NCBI GenBank assembly: GCA_964016885.1
Contig: OZ024763.1
Span: forward strand, 10,106,001-10,170,000
Origin: Eledone cirrhosa
Lineage: Eukaryota
Direction of reading: 5' to 3'
Length of the DNA stretch: 64,000 bases
Below are positions 39,421 through 52,588 of the stretch, piece by piece (position 1 is the stretch's first letter; each line of letters begins with the position of its first letter). A program made the position numbers and the translations under genes. Below the pieces are notes generated by a model. That model worked only from the letters and a program-made list of their open reading frames with translations, was not told where the DNA came from and searched no databases.

Positions 39421-39879
39421 GTATTCTTTTCTGAAAAGAATACCTCAGGTGGGTGAGACTTGTAATGTCGACTAAATTGAATAGAAAAAATAAGATCTAG
39501 GCAACATATGGGCCGTGTCTCTCATGACGAGTTATTAAATTGAGGAAAGATGTCTTGGAAAGTATTGATAGGAAAACTAAGAAATTGATGTCAGTACATA
39601 AAAAACTCCACCAAAAGAGTGATGTTGCAAGACTTTATGTTGGAAGAAAGGAGGTAGAGGACTAATAAGGTGGAAATTGTGTCAAAAGTGAAGAGAACAA
39701 CCTAGCTTGGTACCTTAAAAATGTAAAGGGTAAAATCATATCAAAAGTAAGAGACCTCGACACACTGAAATCTGCTGTAAGAAGCACCTAATGAATTTGA
39801 AAAGGAATGGAAGAATAAACTTATACACTCATGAATAAACTTATACACTCATGAATAAACTTATACACTCACTTATACA

Positions 39880-40743
39880 TACATGACAAAGACTAAGGTC
39901 CTTATAAGTAGACGAGAAAACAGAACCCAGATCCCCTCAGGGAAATGGCCTTGCTCAGTATGTAGGAAAGGTGTAGGTAGGAACTCCATTCTTTGCCCCA
40001 AATGCAAACAATGGGTACACAAGAGATGTAGCGGGATCTCAGGAAGCTTAATTAAGAATGTAGGATTCACATGCAGCAGCTGTGCTGAAACAGCAAGCAA
40101 ACAGCCACAGGAAACAAGTACCACCAATCTCTGGGAGGGCCCTGTAGAAACAGTAGACAGCTTCTGCTACCTAGGTGACCGAATTAGCAACGGAGGTGGG
40201 TGCTCAGAAAGTACAATAACTAGGGTAAGAACGGGATGGAAGAAGTTTAGGGAACTACTACCACTGCTAGCTGCAAAAGGCTTCTCCCTCAGAATGAAAG
40301 GCAGACTGTATGATGCGTGTATCCGAACAGCGATGTTGCATGGTAGTGAGACCTGGGCGCTGAAGGTGGAACACTTACGTAGATTAGAGAGAAACGAAGC
40401 CTGCATGCTCCGATGGATGTGTAACAGTAATATACGTGAACGACAAAGCATAAATGAATTGAGAGAGAGACTGAGCATAAGAGGAATCAAATGCTGCGTG
40501 CAGGAGAGGCGGTTACGCTGGTATGGACATGTGATGCGTATGAAGGATGACAGCTGCATAAAAAGGTGCAGAGCACTAGAAGTTGATGGAAACCGCGGAG
40601 TGGGGAGACCCAAGATGACTTGGGATGAGGTGATAAAAGCCCACCTTACCCAATTACACCTCTCAAAGTCAATGACACACGACCGTGACTTCTGGCGTCA
40701 CGCAGTAATACAGGGTACCCGACCTCCCATGGGTACATGCTGA
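39880..40743 (+). mobile_element. RTE-clade LINE ORF2 3' part (286-aa open fragment)
   Basis: PHD-like C-x2-C region, [30 protein letters not shown]. Confidence 0.88.
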
Positions 40744-41049
40744 AGCATATAAACAATATGCCCCCCCCCCCCCCCCCACCGCAAGGTGGTCGTGGAGGTG
40801 CCACGGCAAAAAAGCACCCAGCCCACACTGTAAAGTGGACGTGTAGGCGCCACGAAAAAGCACCCAGCACTCACTGTAAATGAGGTTGGTGTTAGGAAGG
40901 GCATCCAGCTGTAGAAATCAAGCCAGATCAGTTCCTGTATGAGCAAGGCATGGTCAGCCGACCAGACACTGCCCACAACAGGACAACCCGTCTAACCCAT
41001 GCTAGCGTGGAAGAACGGACGTAAAACGGTGATGATGATGATGATGATG

Positions 41050-41660
41050 ACTCGAGATAAAGTAGGCATTGATTGGGAAAAGAGCTAGATGTGGCTTAAA
41101 AATGGCAATTTGAAAGAATGCACTGAAACTCTGGTGTGCAGCATCCAGGAGCAAGTTCTTTCAACTAACTACATTAAACATCATGTTAACAAAACTATAA
41201 AATCATCATTATGTAGAATGTGTGGAACAACAGGAGAACTGGGCAGCCATATTGTAAGCAAATGTGTTAAGTTGGGATAGCGAGAGTACAAAAGACAACA
41301 TGATAATGTTGACAGATATATCCATTGGATGATATCTGAGAAATGTGAGTCTGTCAGAGCAACTAAATGGTATGAGCAGAGACCAGAAGGGATGTAAGGG
41401 AATGAGGAATTTAAGCTTTTGTGGGACTGCAGCATTCAATGCGATAGAAACATCTTAGTTGAGAAGAAGAAGAAAAAAGAAGCCCAAATCAATATCTTTA
41501 CCCCAGGAGATAGTAGAATGAAGGATAAAAAGGAGGAGGTTGGAAAGTTGTAGGGGATGAAGAACGTTTTAATGATTCTAGTGGTGATTGGAGCATTGGT
41601 ATGCTTCGGACAGTTTTGAGGATTGTGTAAATAGAATCAGAATTGATGCAAGGTTATACG
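41050..41660 (+). mobile_element. R4/Dong-like non-LTR fragment (CCHC plus RLE region); upstream part at ~39430-39830
   Basis: IQEQVLSTNYIKHHV...CRMCG...SHIVSKC...YKRQHDNV. Confidence 0.7.
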
Positions 41661-41868
41661 CTCCACACCTGCTCTCCTGCCACCCCAACAAAAACTACTG
41701 TAAGGTGTTGGTGACACAACAAAAAGCACCCAGTCCACACTATAAATGTGGTTGGTGTTAGGAAGAGCATCCAGCCATAGAAACCAAGCAAGAAACAGTT
41801 CCGTATGAGCAAGACTTGGTCACCTGACCTGATTTGTTACAACTCATCTAACCCATGCAAATGGATGT

Positions 41869-42415
41869 TATTGACCTCCTGGAAACTGTTCAGAGACGTG
41901 CAACCAAGCGCATACCCTCCATCAGACACCTACCATACTCTGAACGCCTTGCTTCCCTGGGCATGGATTCATTGAAGCTTCGACGTCTGACAATGGACTT
42001 GGTAAACACCCACAAAGTTATTAACCATCTCGCCAACATCAACCCTGAGCACCTTTTTGATCTCCATGTGTCTAACACACGTGGACATACCTACAAAATC
42101 AGAAAACAACACAGCTTCCATGACTTTCGGAAACATTTTTTCACGCTTAGAGTTGCTGAAGGATGGCACAAACTGCCTACGTCAGTTGTTAGCTGCCGAG
42201 ACACTGCATCCTTTAAAACTCTCATGCTTCCCGAAATTCGCCAAAACTACACCTGATGTACCCCTTCCATACACATGCACACATGTGTATATCATGACTC
42301 ATGCTCTGTTCATTTTCCTGATGTTTGTACATTACCCTATGTACTATACATACACTTTTGATGAGTTGTAGTGTACCTGAGCACTGTACACAATATTTTC
42401 ATTATTATCATTATT
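41869..42415 (+). mobile_element. CR1/L2-like LINE 3' fragment
   Basis: Near-identical to 13960-14503. Confidence 0.88.
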
Positions 42416-42687
42416 ATGATGATGATATTACTAGACATTGATTAAAGTTACCCCTTTTCTCACAACAATTATTTTTATTTATTTTTTAAACTTTTCAATG
42501 TTCCCATTCAATATGGCTGACATCCATAATGGCCGCCATCCAAGATGGTGTAATACTTTAAAACTCTAACAACAAATAAGCTGGTGTCTGTCTTGACAGA
42601 AATGGTACTTAATCCTTTTCACACCAAGCCAACTAGAACTACCCATGCTTCTACAATACAACACTGTTTTTTTAAAATGTTTATATG

Positions 42688-43566
42688 TAATGAAAGGGTT
42701 AACACATAGACAGTGTCTTTCATTAGAAATATGGTAATGAAAGGGTTAAAGACATAGACAGTGTCTTTCATTAGAAATATGGTAATGAAAGGGTTAATGA
42801 CATAGACAGTGTCTTTCATTAGAAATATGGTAATGAAAGGGTTAAAGACATAGACAGTGTCTTTCATTAGTAATATGGTAATGGAAGGGTTTATGACATA
42901 GACAATGTCTTTCATTATAAATATTGTAATGAAAGGGTTAATGACATAGACAGTGTCTTTCATTAGAAATATGGTAATGAAAGGGTTAAAGACATAGACA
43001 GTGTCTTTCATTAGAAATATGGTAATGAAAGGGTTAATGACATAGACAGTGTCTTTCATTAGAAATATGGTAGTGAAAGGGTTAAAGACATAGACAGTGT
43101 CTTTCATTAGAAATATGGTAATGAAAGGGTTAATGACATAGACAGTGTCTTTCATTAGAAATATGGTAATGAAAGAGTTAAAGACATAGACAGTGCCTTT
43201 CATTAGAAATATGGTAGTGAAAGGGTTAATGACATAGACAGTGTCTTTCATTAGAAATATGGTAATGAAAGGGTTAATGACATAGACAGTGTCTTTCATT
43301 AGAAATATGGTAGTGAAAGGGTTAAAGACATAGACAGTGTCTTTCATTAGAAATATGGTAAATAAAGGGTTAATGACATAGACAGTGTCTTTCATTAGAA
43401 ATATGGTAAATAAAGGGTTAATGACATAGACAGTGTCTTTCATTAGAAATATGGTAAATAAAGGGTTAATGACATAGACAGTGTCTTTCATTAGAAATAT
43501 GGTAAATAAAGGGTTAATGACATAGACAGTGTCTTTCATTAGAAATATGGCAATGAAAGGGTTAAA
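42688..43566. repeat. 48-bp minisatellite, ~18 copies
   Basis: Unit AAAGGGTTAATGACATAGACAGTGTCTTTCATTAGAAATATGGTAATG; explains the 306-aa repetitive ORF. Confidence 0.95.
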
Positions 43567-43584
43567 TGTAAAAAGAAAAGTTAC

Positions 43585-43675
43585 CTGTTGAAAGGAGGAA
43601 CTGTTTGGCCTGAGAATATGAGGCTAATTGTGCAGCATTAACCACCATGGCTCGTGTTACTGTTGGAATACATCC
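43585..43675 (-). CDS. SLC25A11: SLC25A11 internal exon
   Basis: GCIPTVTRAMVVNAAQLASYSQAKQFLLST, 91 bp, canonical splice sites. Confidence 0.95.
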
Positions 43676-44563
43676 CTGAAGTTAAAAATGAAACAGCATT
43701 AATATAGACAGCTGACACCTCTCACATGCAGGGTACTAACTCATTAATAAATTTATGGGTTGTGGGCCGCATAATCCAGGGGGCCCTGTCTTGTTTTAAA
43801 ATATATTCAAAGGTTCCTGTCCTATTATAAAATATATTTTAAAATATAAATACAAAACATTTCTCAGCAGAGCTGGTGGTGGATAGTAAATACAAGTGGC
43901 CAAAATAGGGTTCCTCCGAAGAGTCTTTGGGGTAACGTTACTTGACAAACTATATCGCTCAAAGATCAGGGAGTCACTCCAAGAAGAACAGCTACTTTTC
44001 TGAATTAGGAGTTCACAGCTTCGATATTATGGATATGTGGTTAGAATGAGTCAGGAAAGAATCACTGGACAGATTTCACGGGCAAACCCAACCGGCAGGA
44101 GACCCAGGGGTTGACTCTGAGCAAGATGGTTGGATAACATCCATGAGCTTGGCTGGTCTTGCTTGGGAATCCAGCTGGATTAATTCGTGTTGGCAGCTTT
44201 TGATATGACCTGCTGGAGGGAGTGTTTAAGGACTTTGCCCTCATGAACCTCCCAGGAATATGTGGGCGAAGAAGAAGATACAAAACATGACACTTTTGTC
44301 TTTATTTATAGTATAATTATTAAACACATTTCACTTTCTGTGGTTGTCCCATAGATGGATAATGAAACCACAGCATTGTTATATGTGTAATTAGAATTTT
44401 CATTAAGTTTCTTTCAAGCAGTTGCTGGGGGACCTTAAATCTTCAATACTCCATCGACTGTAGTTGCCTTAATCTGATTTGATCATAAACCTTGTTGATC
44501 TGTTGACCAAGAGCTAAACAGAAACAACTTTCCATTCTGCTGTAGTAGATGACACATGCTTAA

Positions 44564-44771
44564 CCCTTTACCATTTACATTACTCTATATTTACCATTGT
44601 ATTTTCATGGTAAATACTTTATCTCACATAATATCAAATCTATAAGATTTTGATATTATTCATTTTGAGAAAAATACCTTAACATAAGTATGATCGGCCA
44701 GTTACAGCCGGTTTGAACAGAAAGACGTGAGAGAATTCTGGCTGGATACGGCTGGTTTATATACTAAAGGG
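44564..44771. mobile_element. piggyBac-type MITE, intact
   Basis: TTAA|CCCTTTA ... TAAAGGG|TTAA. Confidence 0.85.
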
Positions 44772-44919
44772 TTAAAGTGTCTGACAGTGGGAGACTGACA
44801 ACTAAATGTTTGCAAAGCAAACTTCTTAACCACACAGCTATACTTAATAATAATAATAATTGTTTTGGCACAAGGCCAGCAATTACCCAGTGCATTACTG
44901 GTACTTTATTTTATCGGCC

Positions 44920-46680
44920 ACAAGGGCCGACATATAGGGAACAATACAAAGGGACAGTGAGGAGTTTACAATAAAATCGAGTACAAATATGCAATAACAA
45001 AAACAATTAACAATGAACATATATGAAAATATAAAATATAACAAAATAAATTTCCCAATACGGGGGGAGCAACCACTGAGGGGTGACTCAGGTATCCCAC
45101 CAATTCTGAACCACCCGACGCTTCAAGGGCAGCCCTTTCCTTCTCAATTTAAACAGCCTATAGGCGCATGCTAAGAGTAGGCCCATTCACACCAGCTACT
45201 CTCGCCACATTCACCCACCTTTTAGCAAATATACTGGGGGGCAGCACTTCTCTCTCCACCCTCACCTTCCTTTCCAGGTGAAACTTGAAAAAGTTGATGA
45301 AGGATTGGCCGAAGAGAAGTGTCTGTCTTCAGTCCTTTCAACCTGGTCCACCATATAACCTTTTTTGCAACTGCCACCAGACAGAGGAAAATTGCCTGTC
45401 CTTCCTGGCCAAAGGAAGGCGGCAGGGCGATCTTCACTATGGACTCGGCCGATAGCTGGATCCATTCTACACGCAACAACAAAAATAAAATTTATAAAAA
45501 AATTGAAAAAAAATTTTTTTAATTAAAAAAAAAATTAAAAAAAAAATTAAAAAAAAAATTAAAAAAAAAAATTTTTTCATTTAAAAAATTTTTTTTTTAA
45601 TTAAAAAAAAATTTTAATTAAAAAAAAAAATTTTTTAAATGAAAAAATTTAAAAAAAAAAAAAATTTTTTTTAAATTTTTTTATAAATTTTTTTTTTTTT
45701 TTTTTAATTTAAAAAAAAAACTGGCCAAAGGAAGGCGGCAGGGCGATCTTCACTATGGACTCGGCCGATAGCTGGATCCATTCTACACGCAACAACAGCT
45801 GTTCGACATAACTCTACAAGTAAGTAATGCCCGCACACTGGATGAGTGCGTGAGGAACGATTTCGTCGCTCTGCGCGCATCTTGGGCAGGTCTGTCTGAC
45901 AGTACTTCCGTGCCTGTAGAGTCTATCTCGAACCTGCAGTGCCTCCCAGTAGCACTGCCAAGCGAGGGATTTCCAGAAATTATCCATAGTCCCTGGCTCA
46001 AAAGTCCTCCAGAACAGACTGGTCAGTTTGACTTCGTGGATGCCCAGAGCCTCTCCAAGTGTGTCATCGCACATGCCCACCACTAATCCTCTATAGAACT
46101 CGAAACTGGAAGTTCCACTGACTGCATTGCCCACCTGACAACATTCCAGATGCCAGTCACCCAGTCTTGGTCTCTTCTTGACCCAGGACTGCAGCTCAGT
46201 CAAACAACGACCACACCTGTTTACCATTTAGGCAGAATATCTAGAGATGCTGCAGCCTCAGCATATGTTTACGCATCATTAGCCATGGCATGTCCAGCCC
46301 TCCACATAGAGGGTGCTTTCAGCAGATGGAACGTCTCACCAATGGATCCTGTGCCCTCCATAAGAGGTTGAAGAGGAGCCGTTCCAATTTTGTAAGGCAT
46401 GAATGGGGGGCAAGGCACGATGGTCAAGAGTTATAGATGACGGACGCAATGTACATGTTCGTCACTTCCGCCTGACCTTTCAGAGAAAGCTTCTTGGCCT
46501 ATTTCTGGGTGAGAGTGGCTACCCTGATCTAGAGGTCTGGTCTGAACGAAACCCCGAGCAATTTTGAGAATAATGGCATTAACGGGACTGGAACCCTCAA
46601 TGGTGAAGGTACCGTGCCTGGCAGACTTGGAGTACCTGGTCCGGCTCCAGCAGGTCATTATTAAACAATGGACTAGCAAT
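44920..46680 (-). mobile_element. Tx1/L1-like LINE 3' portion, degenerate
   Basis: LQVRDRLYRHG...CPRC...HALIQC zinc-knuckle-like region. Homologous to 37920-39420. Confidence 0.7.
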
Positions 46681-46989
46681 CACAATGAAGATGGAGTAAA
46701 CAAGTAAATGTTGTGGTCATGGAGTGTTACTACTTAAGCAATCCTGTAGATGAAAATGGGGTCTCTATCAAAGTATACCAACAATGAATGCATAAAAAAG
46801 GGAGAGAAAGAGGCTTGATTTAAGTCACAGAGCAGACGTTATGTGACCAGGCTGGAGCAATAAGAAAAAAACCACTGGTTGACAGAAGTGGAATTCGAAG
46901 TTATCAAAAGACAGGTATGAATAAGCAGCAGTAGACAACTACAGACTGATAACATACCTACCACTTATGTGGAAATTATTGACTGGAGT

Positions 46990-47490
46990 AATCGCAGAAT
47001 CAATGTACGGGAGTCCTACCAGATGAACAGAAAGGGTGCAAGTGTAAGTGCAGAGGTACAAAGGACCAGCTTTTGATAGATAAAACTATACTTAAAGATA
47101 GCAAGAGGAGGAAAAACCCACTTGACCATGGTGTGGATCGATTACCGCAAAACTTTTGACATGATTCCACACTCTTAGATTATGGAATGCCTTGACTTAT
47201 TTGGTATTGCATCAAATGTTGAGTGATTCTTAAGGAAAAGTATGAAAGAGTGGAAGACTGAAGTAACAGCATGTGGAAGAGATTTAGGAAGAATAGAAAT
47301 CAAAATAGGTATATTCCAAGGGGACAGTTTGTTACCACTGATGTTTATTCTGTGCATGATACCATTGACAATGATCTTGAGAAAAGCTAAGGCTGGGTAT
47401 GAATTCAAAGGTCACCAGCAAAAAATCAACCACTTATTCATGGACAACTTCAAGCTTTATGAAAAGGGGACATCACTGAAAAGAAAACAA
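46990..47490 (+). mobile_element. R4/Dong-like RT fragment
   Basis: WIDYRKTFD and GIFQGDSLLPLMFILCMIPL...INHLFMDN. Confidence 0.75.
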
Positions 47491-47526
47491 TAGGGATAAC
47501 AATAATGTAATAAATATATATAATAA

Positions 47527-47714
47527 TTGTTTCTACTTTTGGCACAAGGCCAGCAATTACCCCAGTGTATTACTGGTACTTTATTTTATCGACCCCGTAA
47601 GGATGAAAGGCAAAGTTAACCTCGGCGGGATTTGAACTCAGAATGGCAAGGGCCGTAACTATGCGTCAAAGCATGGCGTCCGACCCTCTACCGATACTGC
47701 CAATTCACCACCCT
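47527..47714 (-). mobile_element. SINE family A, full length
   Basis: Reverse complement of the consensus, flanked by TATATATAATAAT direct repeats. Confidence 0.85.
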
Positions 47715-47887
47715 TATATATAATAATAAAGAATGTCAACAAGGATCAGTTCCCCAATAGGGGTGGGGAAGGGGAGAACCTTACACAAAACACTGGTTTA
47801 CTCTGTTGTCTCAAGGACTTTGAAAATGTCCTCCAGTTTCCTTCTTCCTGCTTAGAAAGTATAGTGAGAATAGGAATAATAACTTAC

Positions 47888-47978
47888 CCTCCATAATGTA
47901 ACTAGGCCTTCTTCTTTGGTGATCCGAGCAAGGGCGTTGAAGACGTTGCTGTAACCCCTTTGTTGGTCGGGAGGTAAC
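47888..47978 (-). CDS. SLC25A11: SLC25A11 internal exon
   Basis: (R)LPPDQQRGYSNVFNALARITKEEGLVTLWR, 91 bp. Confidence 0.95.
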
Positions 47979-48394
47979 CTGGGAAATGTTATGATAGTCA
48001 TTACATTGTTGCTTCTTATGTTGGTTAGTATTGTTGACACTGATTACATTAACCAACACCACACATCAACCCAATACACCACTGGTACACACCACCACTA
48101 CTACATACCACCACCACCAACAATACAATACACCACTACCACCACCACCACCAACAACACAATATACCACCACCACTACACACCACACACCACCACCACT
48201 ACACACAACACAAAACACACCACCACTACTACATACCACCAACAATACAATACACCACTACCACCACCACCAACAACACAATATACCACCACCACTACAC
48301 ACCACACACCACCACCACTACACACAACACAAAACACACCAACACAGTACACCACTACTACACAGCACCAACACAACATCAAACATGATCCTAC

Positions 48395-48514
48395 CTGCCA
48401 TCAGCAGTCATCCTAATGAGAGAAATCTCAGCAGGTGTCCCAACAAAAGCACCAATTGCTCCAGCTGTCATTCCAATTGCTGCCTTAGTGAAAAATCCAG
48501 GAGGTTTGTCACCG
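48395..48514 (-). CDS. SLC25A11: SLC25A11 internal exon
   Basis: GDKPPGFFTKAAIGMTAGAIGAFVGTPAEISLIRMTADG(R), 120 bp. Confidence 0.93.
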
Positions 48515-48957
48515 CTTAACCAAAACAGAAAATTAGAAAATGAAGAAAATCTGAAACACAGTAGAATAACTGCAAAAACTGCTTTAGAAAATTGGGTAAA
48601 ATACCCCTAGAGACAGAAAAAGTGGCCCACAACTGCTACAAAGAATCTAACTATGTACCTCTCAGAGTTTGATTTTTTGTAAGTGAGATGCAGCTTTTAT
48701 AGCTATCCTCATGTATTTGAGATTTTCTTCATTTCCTAAAATATTTAAACACACTTGATGCTTCAATGTTTATTTACAAAATTAGATATTTTGGTAAAAA
48801 AAAAAAGATTAGGTATTTCTCTAGAGAATGTTTAACGAAAACTTAAATTGTAAGTTAAAATTAAAATCATTCTGAGGTGAAGTAAAGACATTTCAAACAG
48901 ATATAATGGGGAAAGTTAGAAGTTGAAAAGGAAAACATTAGAAAGAAACAGACATAC

Positions 48958-49041
48958 GTTGAGAATTTATCAAAAAGCATCGTGTAGATACCGAGACGTG
49001 TTGTCGTGTAAGAAGCCTGACGTAGTAGACCAGCAGACAAT
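48958..49041 (-). CDS. SLC25A11: SLC25A11 internal exon
   Basis: (G)LSAGLLRQASYTTTRLGIYTMLFDKFS(T), 84 bp. Confidence 0.95.
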
Positions 49042-49133
49042 CTGAATAACATAAACAGATATTTAGACATATCGATGTATATATACAGACGTATAGATAT
49101 ATGAATATACATGTAAATGTGTATATGTGTGTG

Positions 49134-49164
<31 letters not shown>

Positions 49165-49166
49165 AT

Positions 49167-49508
49167 ATAATATAAGATCAAAAGATGGTTAAAGGAGTTC
49201 CATGTATTTTATTATGCGCATTTCAAAAACAAACATCATCATGCAATAATATTTGTGTTTTCATCAGATAAAACAGGAGAACATGATATGAAGGCTAAAA
49301 AACACTTGTGGATAGTGCAGTTTTAAATCAACAGTTTTAAATCAACAGTTTTAAATCAACTATCCACAAGTGTTTTTTAGCCTTCATATCATGTTCTCCT
49401 GTTTTGTCTGATGAAAACACAAATATTATTGCATGATGATGTTTGTTTTTGAAATGCGCATAATAAAATACATGGAACTCCTTTAACCATCTTTTGATCT
49501 TATATTAT
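49167..49508. mobile_element. Hairpin element: 150-bp inverted arms, each with a hammerhead motif (49208-49273 minus, 49402-49468 plus)
   Basis: Arms 49167-49316 and 49359-49508 with ~3 differences; spacer is ~3x CAGTTTTAAATCAA. Motif TTTTGT-CTGATGA-stem II-GAAA-TGCGCA-TA-ATAAAA. Confidence 0.8.
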
Positions 49509-49803
49509 GTATACTCCAGTCCTACAAACTGTAGAGTGCTTCTTATCCGATATCTGCATTGCTTTATTGTACTACAATAAAACTCACCTCCTACATATAT
49601 ATATATATATATAGTTAGATGTATATATAGACATGAAAACATCTCCTGTGCACTCAGTAGAATGTGAGACTATTTGTAAGTGAGATGCAGACCCCTAGGC
49701 CTGTCTGGGAGGTTAGTAACCCTGATTTAGTATTGACTTGGTCTATGTAGACCTGTCTAGCCATTGTTAGTGAGGAAAGCAGATGTTAAATATTGATGAT
49801 TAC

Positions 49804-49834
<31 letters not shown>

Positions 49835-49864
49835 TATACACATACATGTATATTACTAGTTCTT

Positions 49865-50560
49865 GCCATTTCAAAGACCTATGAAGGTGTTGTCACCTGA
49901 CGGAGAAACAGAATTCTTCCGAATTGTGGCCGGGGTGCTACAAGGAGACACTTCTGCAACCTACATGTTGGCCATTGTCTTGGATTATGCGACAATAAGC
50001 AAGAAAGACCTGTTTTTACTATTGACCGGTAGAGATCCCAGAGAGGACCAGCAGTAACCATGACAGACCTAGACTTTGCTGATGATATAGTGTTGTTGTC
50101 AGATGAAATCAATGAAGCACAGGAGCTGCTAAGAAGTGTAGAAACATCATCTGCTAAAATCGGACTGTACACAAATGTCAAGAAAACCAAATATATGACC
50201 TTTAACCAATCAAGTAACACCAAACTGTTCTCATTGAGTGGTTCCAAATTGAACTTTGTTGAAGAATTAAGGTACTTAGGTAGTTGGGTGAACAGTCCTG
50301 AAGTAAATATCAAGGTGAGGAAGGTGTAAACATGGACAGTCTGTCACAAACTAAAAAAAATCTGACACTCCAAACTGCCAAGAAGGATCAAAATCAAACT
50401 GTTCCTTGCAACTGTTGAATCTATACTTTTTGAGCAGTTAACAAGTGGGCTAAACAGCTGCTACCAATGGACCTTAATGTGAAATGGTAGCAACAGATGA
50501 CAAATAAATGCCTCTATGGAGACCTGCCAAAAGTCAGCGAAAAGATCAGGCAAAGACAAC
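49865..50560 (+). mobile_element. RTE-like RT fragment
   Basis: GVLQGDT, DLDFADDIVLL and RYLGS motifs. Confidence 0.75.
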
Positions 50561-52018
50561 TCCTGGGTAGAGCAGGTAACTGAGATAGTCAGAGTGAGTG
50601 ATAGAATAGTTAAACTTAGACTAGCCATGGGCAATACAACAGCAACTATACTATCTGAAACGAGACAAACAAATTGTTGTAAATGCCAAGTCCTTTTCTG
50701 GGGACGAATGTATCCCCCAACATTGATTAGTTGTCAGTGACCTTAGAGTAAGAGTTAGGTGGACTAAAAGACAAAAGTCAGTCTGGAGGAAGACATGGAA
50801 GTTGAGGAAACCCTCTGTAGGTATCAATATCAGAGAAATCCTATTTGATGCCTATGACAGTAAGGAAGTGGAGTTAGGGAGATAGCATCATCATCCTCAC
50901 TGCGACCCCAGTCAAACATTCCCGACAAAGTCTCTCCACATTTCACCGTTGTTCCTGGCAACTACTCCCTACTGAGGGGCATGTAACAAAGAATTCAATA
51001 GAGCTTATTTGCTATGAGTGTTTGCTGCTTACTGTGCAACAACTACATGCAAAACCTACATATCTTGCTAGCCGACCTGAGATCTCTTGTATACCCATAG
51101 TTTGTATGTGTGACACAGAATGGAATTTTACCCACCCCTTTCCTACGCACTGAACAGGGCCATTTGTTCTCAAGTTCTGCCATAGATTCAGCTATGAGAG
51201 TTAGATCATCATCTTACAGGAATTCCCAAGGGCATCCTGTTTCTTCTACTTTTAGTTTACTAAGTGCCCACCAGATTACAGAACAGGGATCCTGTCAAAA
51301 GCTTTCTCTAGGTCAACAAATGCCAAATAGAGGGGTTTATTTTTAGCTAGGTACTTTGCTTCAGATGTGACCTAAACCAATGTTATCAAAAATCTGTATG
51401 CAGGAGTTTTAATGAAAGACAATTTGGATCTTCAAACAAATGTTTTGAAGACCCAAAACAGAGAAAGCAGGCTTTACTAATATCAATTTTTTATACAAGT
51501 TTTAAAGATCCTTTTTATATATATATACCAGGTGCGCTTTTCAAACCCCTTTTTTAATCATTTTCCTTATATGATGGGAACTGTATAGAACATTTTCTAA
51601 CGTCCACACTTTTTTTTCACTATATATGTGCAATAGCTCGGTTACGTAAATATCTGCTGATATTACGTGACTTTCTGACATTGTAGATTTAATATCTGGA
51701 TGTGTGAAGTTATGATGCACAGAAACGATATTGTCCAGGACTTGAGATTTTACTTTTATCTCTACCAAAACAGAGTCACCATACCTGCTACTAACTAAAT
51801 CTGTGCACTCTGCACAGCTAGTTGCAGTTGCATTACTGCAATTCAGTAGATTTATTGAGTGAGCTAGATGTTGGCTGGAGACCGCTGACTTAATATCAAT
51901 GATCTTTGTTACATTTATATATATATATAGATGATATGATATATGAGTATGATATGTATATATATATGTACATGATATGATATGTATATATATATGATAT
52001 GTATGTATATAGACTCAC

Positions 52019-52109
52019 CCTGTGTACATACCAGTGATACCTTCGTTTTTTAAGATACTTCGGATGGCATGAAGACTAGTTTTGTGTTCTCTTGCTTTAC
52101 CACCTTCAC
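52019..52109 (-). CDS. SLC25A11: SLC25A11 internal exon
   Basis: (G)EGGKAREHKTSLHAIRSILKNEGITGMYT(G), 91 bp. Confidence 0.95.
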
Positions 52110-52377
52110 CTGGAAATACATTGGGCATTCATTGAAATTGGGGTGATGGCAGAAAATGTGTGTGCAAATATATATAAAATATTGATATTTAGTGTAACAA
52201 AGCATTATTAAATACTGTACATCTTCAGAAGCACTATAAATGATTACACAATGAATTGGGATTCAGGAAGCCTAAAAAAAGGTTGCAGCTTCGCAAAATT
52301 ATTTTTTGTTTTAGGCTTACCGAATCCCAAGTCACTCATAATCATTCATAGAGCTTCTGAAGATGTACAATATTTAA

Positions 52378-52588
52378 CCCTTTAACACTGAAACCGGCCA
52401 TATCTAGTCAGAATTCTCTTACTTCTTTCTGTTAAAACTGGCCGCTTATACTGATGTTAAGGTATTGTTCTCAAAATAAATAATATCAAAATCTCATAGA
52501 TTCGATATTATGTGAGATAATTATGTGAGGTAAAGCCTTTAACACAAAAATACAATAGTATATATAGAGTAATGTGAATGCTAAAGGG
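52378..52588. mobile_element. piggyBac-type MITE, intact, inserted into one arm of an old hairpin element
   Basis: TTAA|CCCTTTAACACT ... AATGCTAAAGGG|TTAA. Confidence 0.88.

Noticed and set aside
42619-43539. 306-aa repetitive ORF
   Set aside because: In-frame 48-bp minisatellite inside an SLC25A11 intron, with no protein features.
47991-48390. Thr/His/Pro-rich mucin-like ORFs on the + strand
   Set aside because: Low-complexity (ACC/ACA) intronic repeat, antisense to SLC25A11.
51541-51768. 75-aa non-repetitive ORF in an SLC25A11 intron
   Set aside because: No recognisable homology and not needed for the carrier reading frame.
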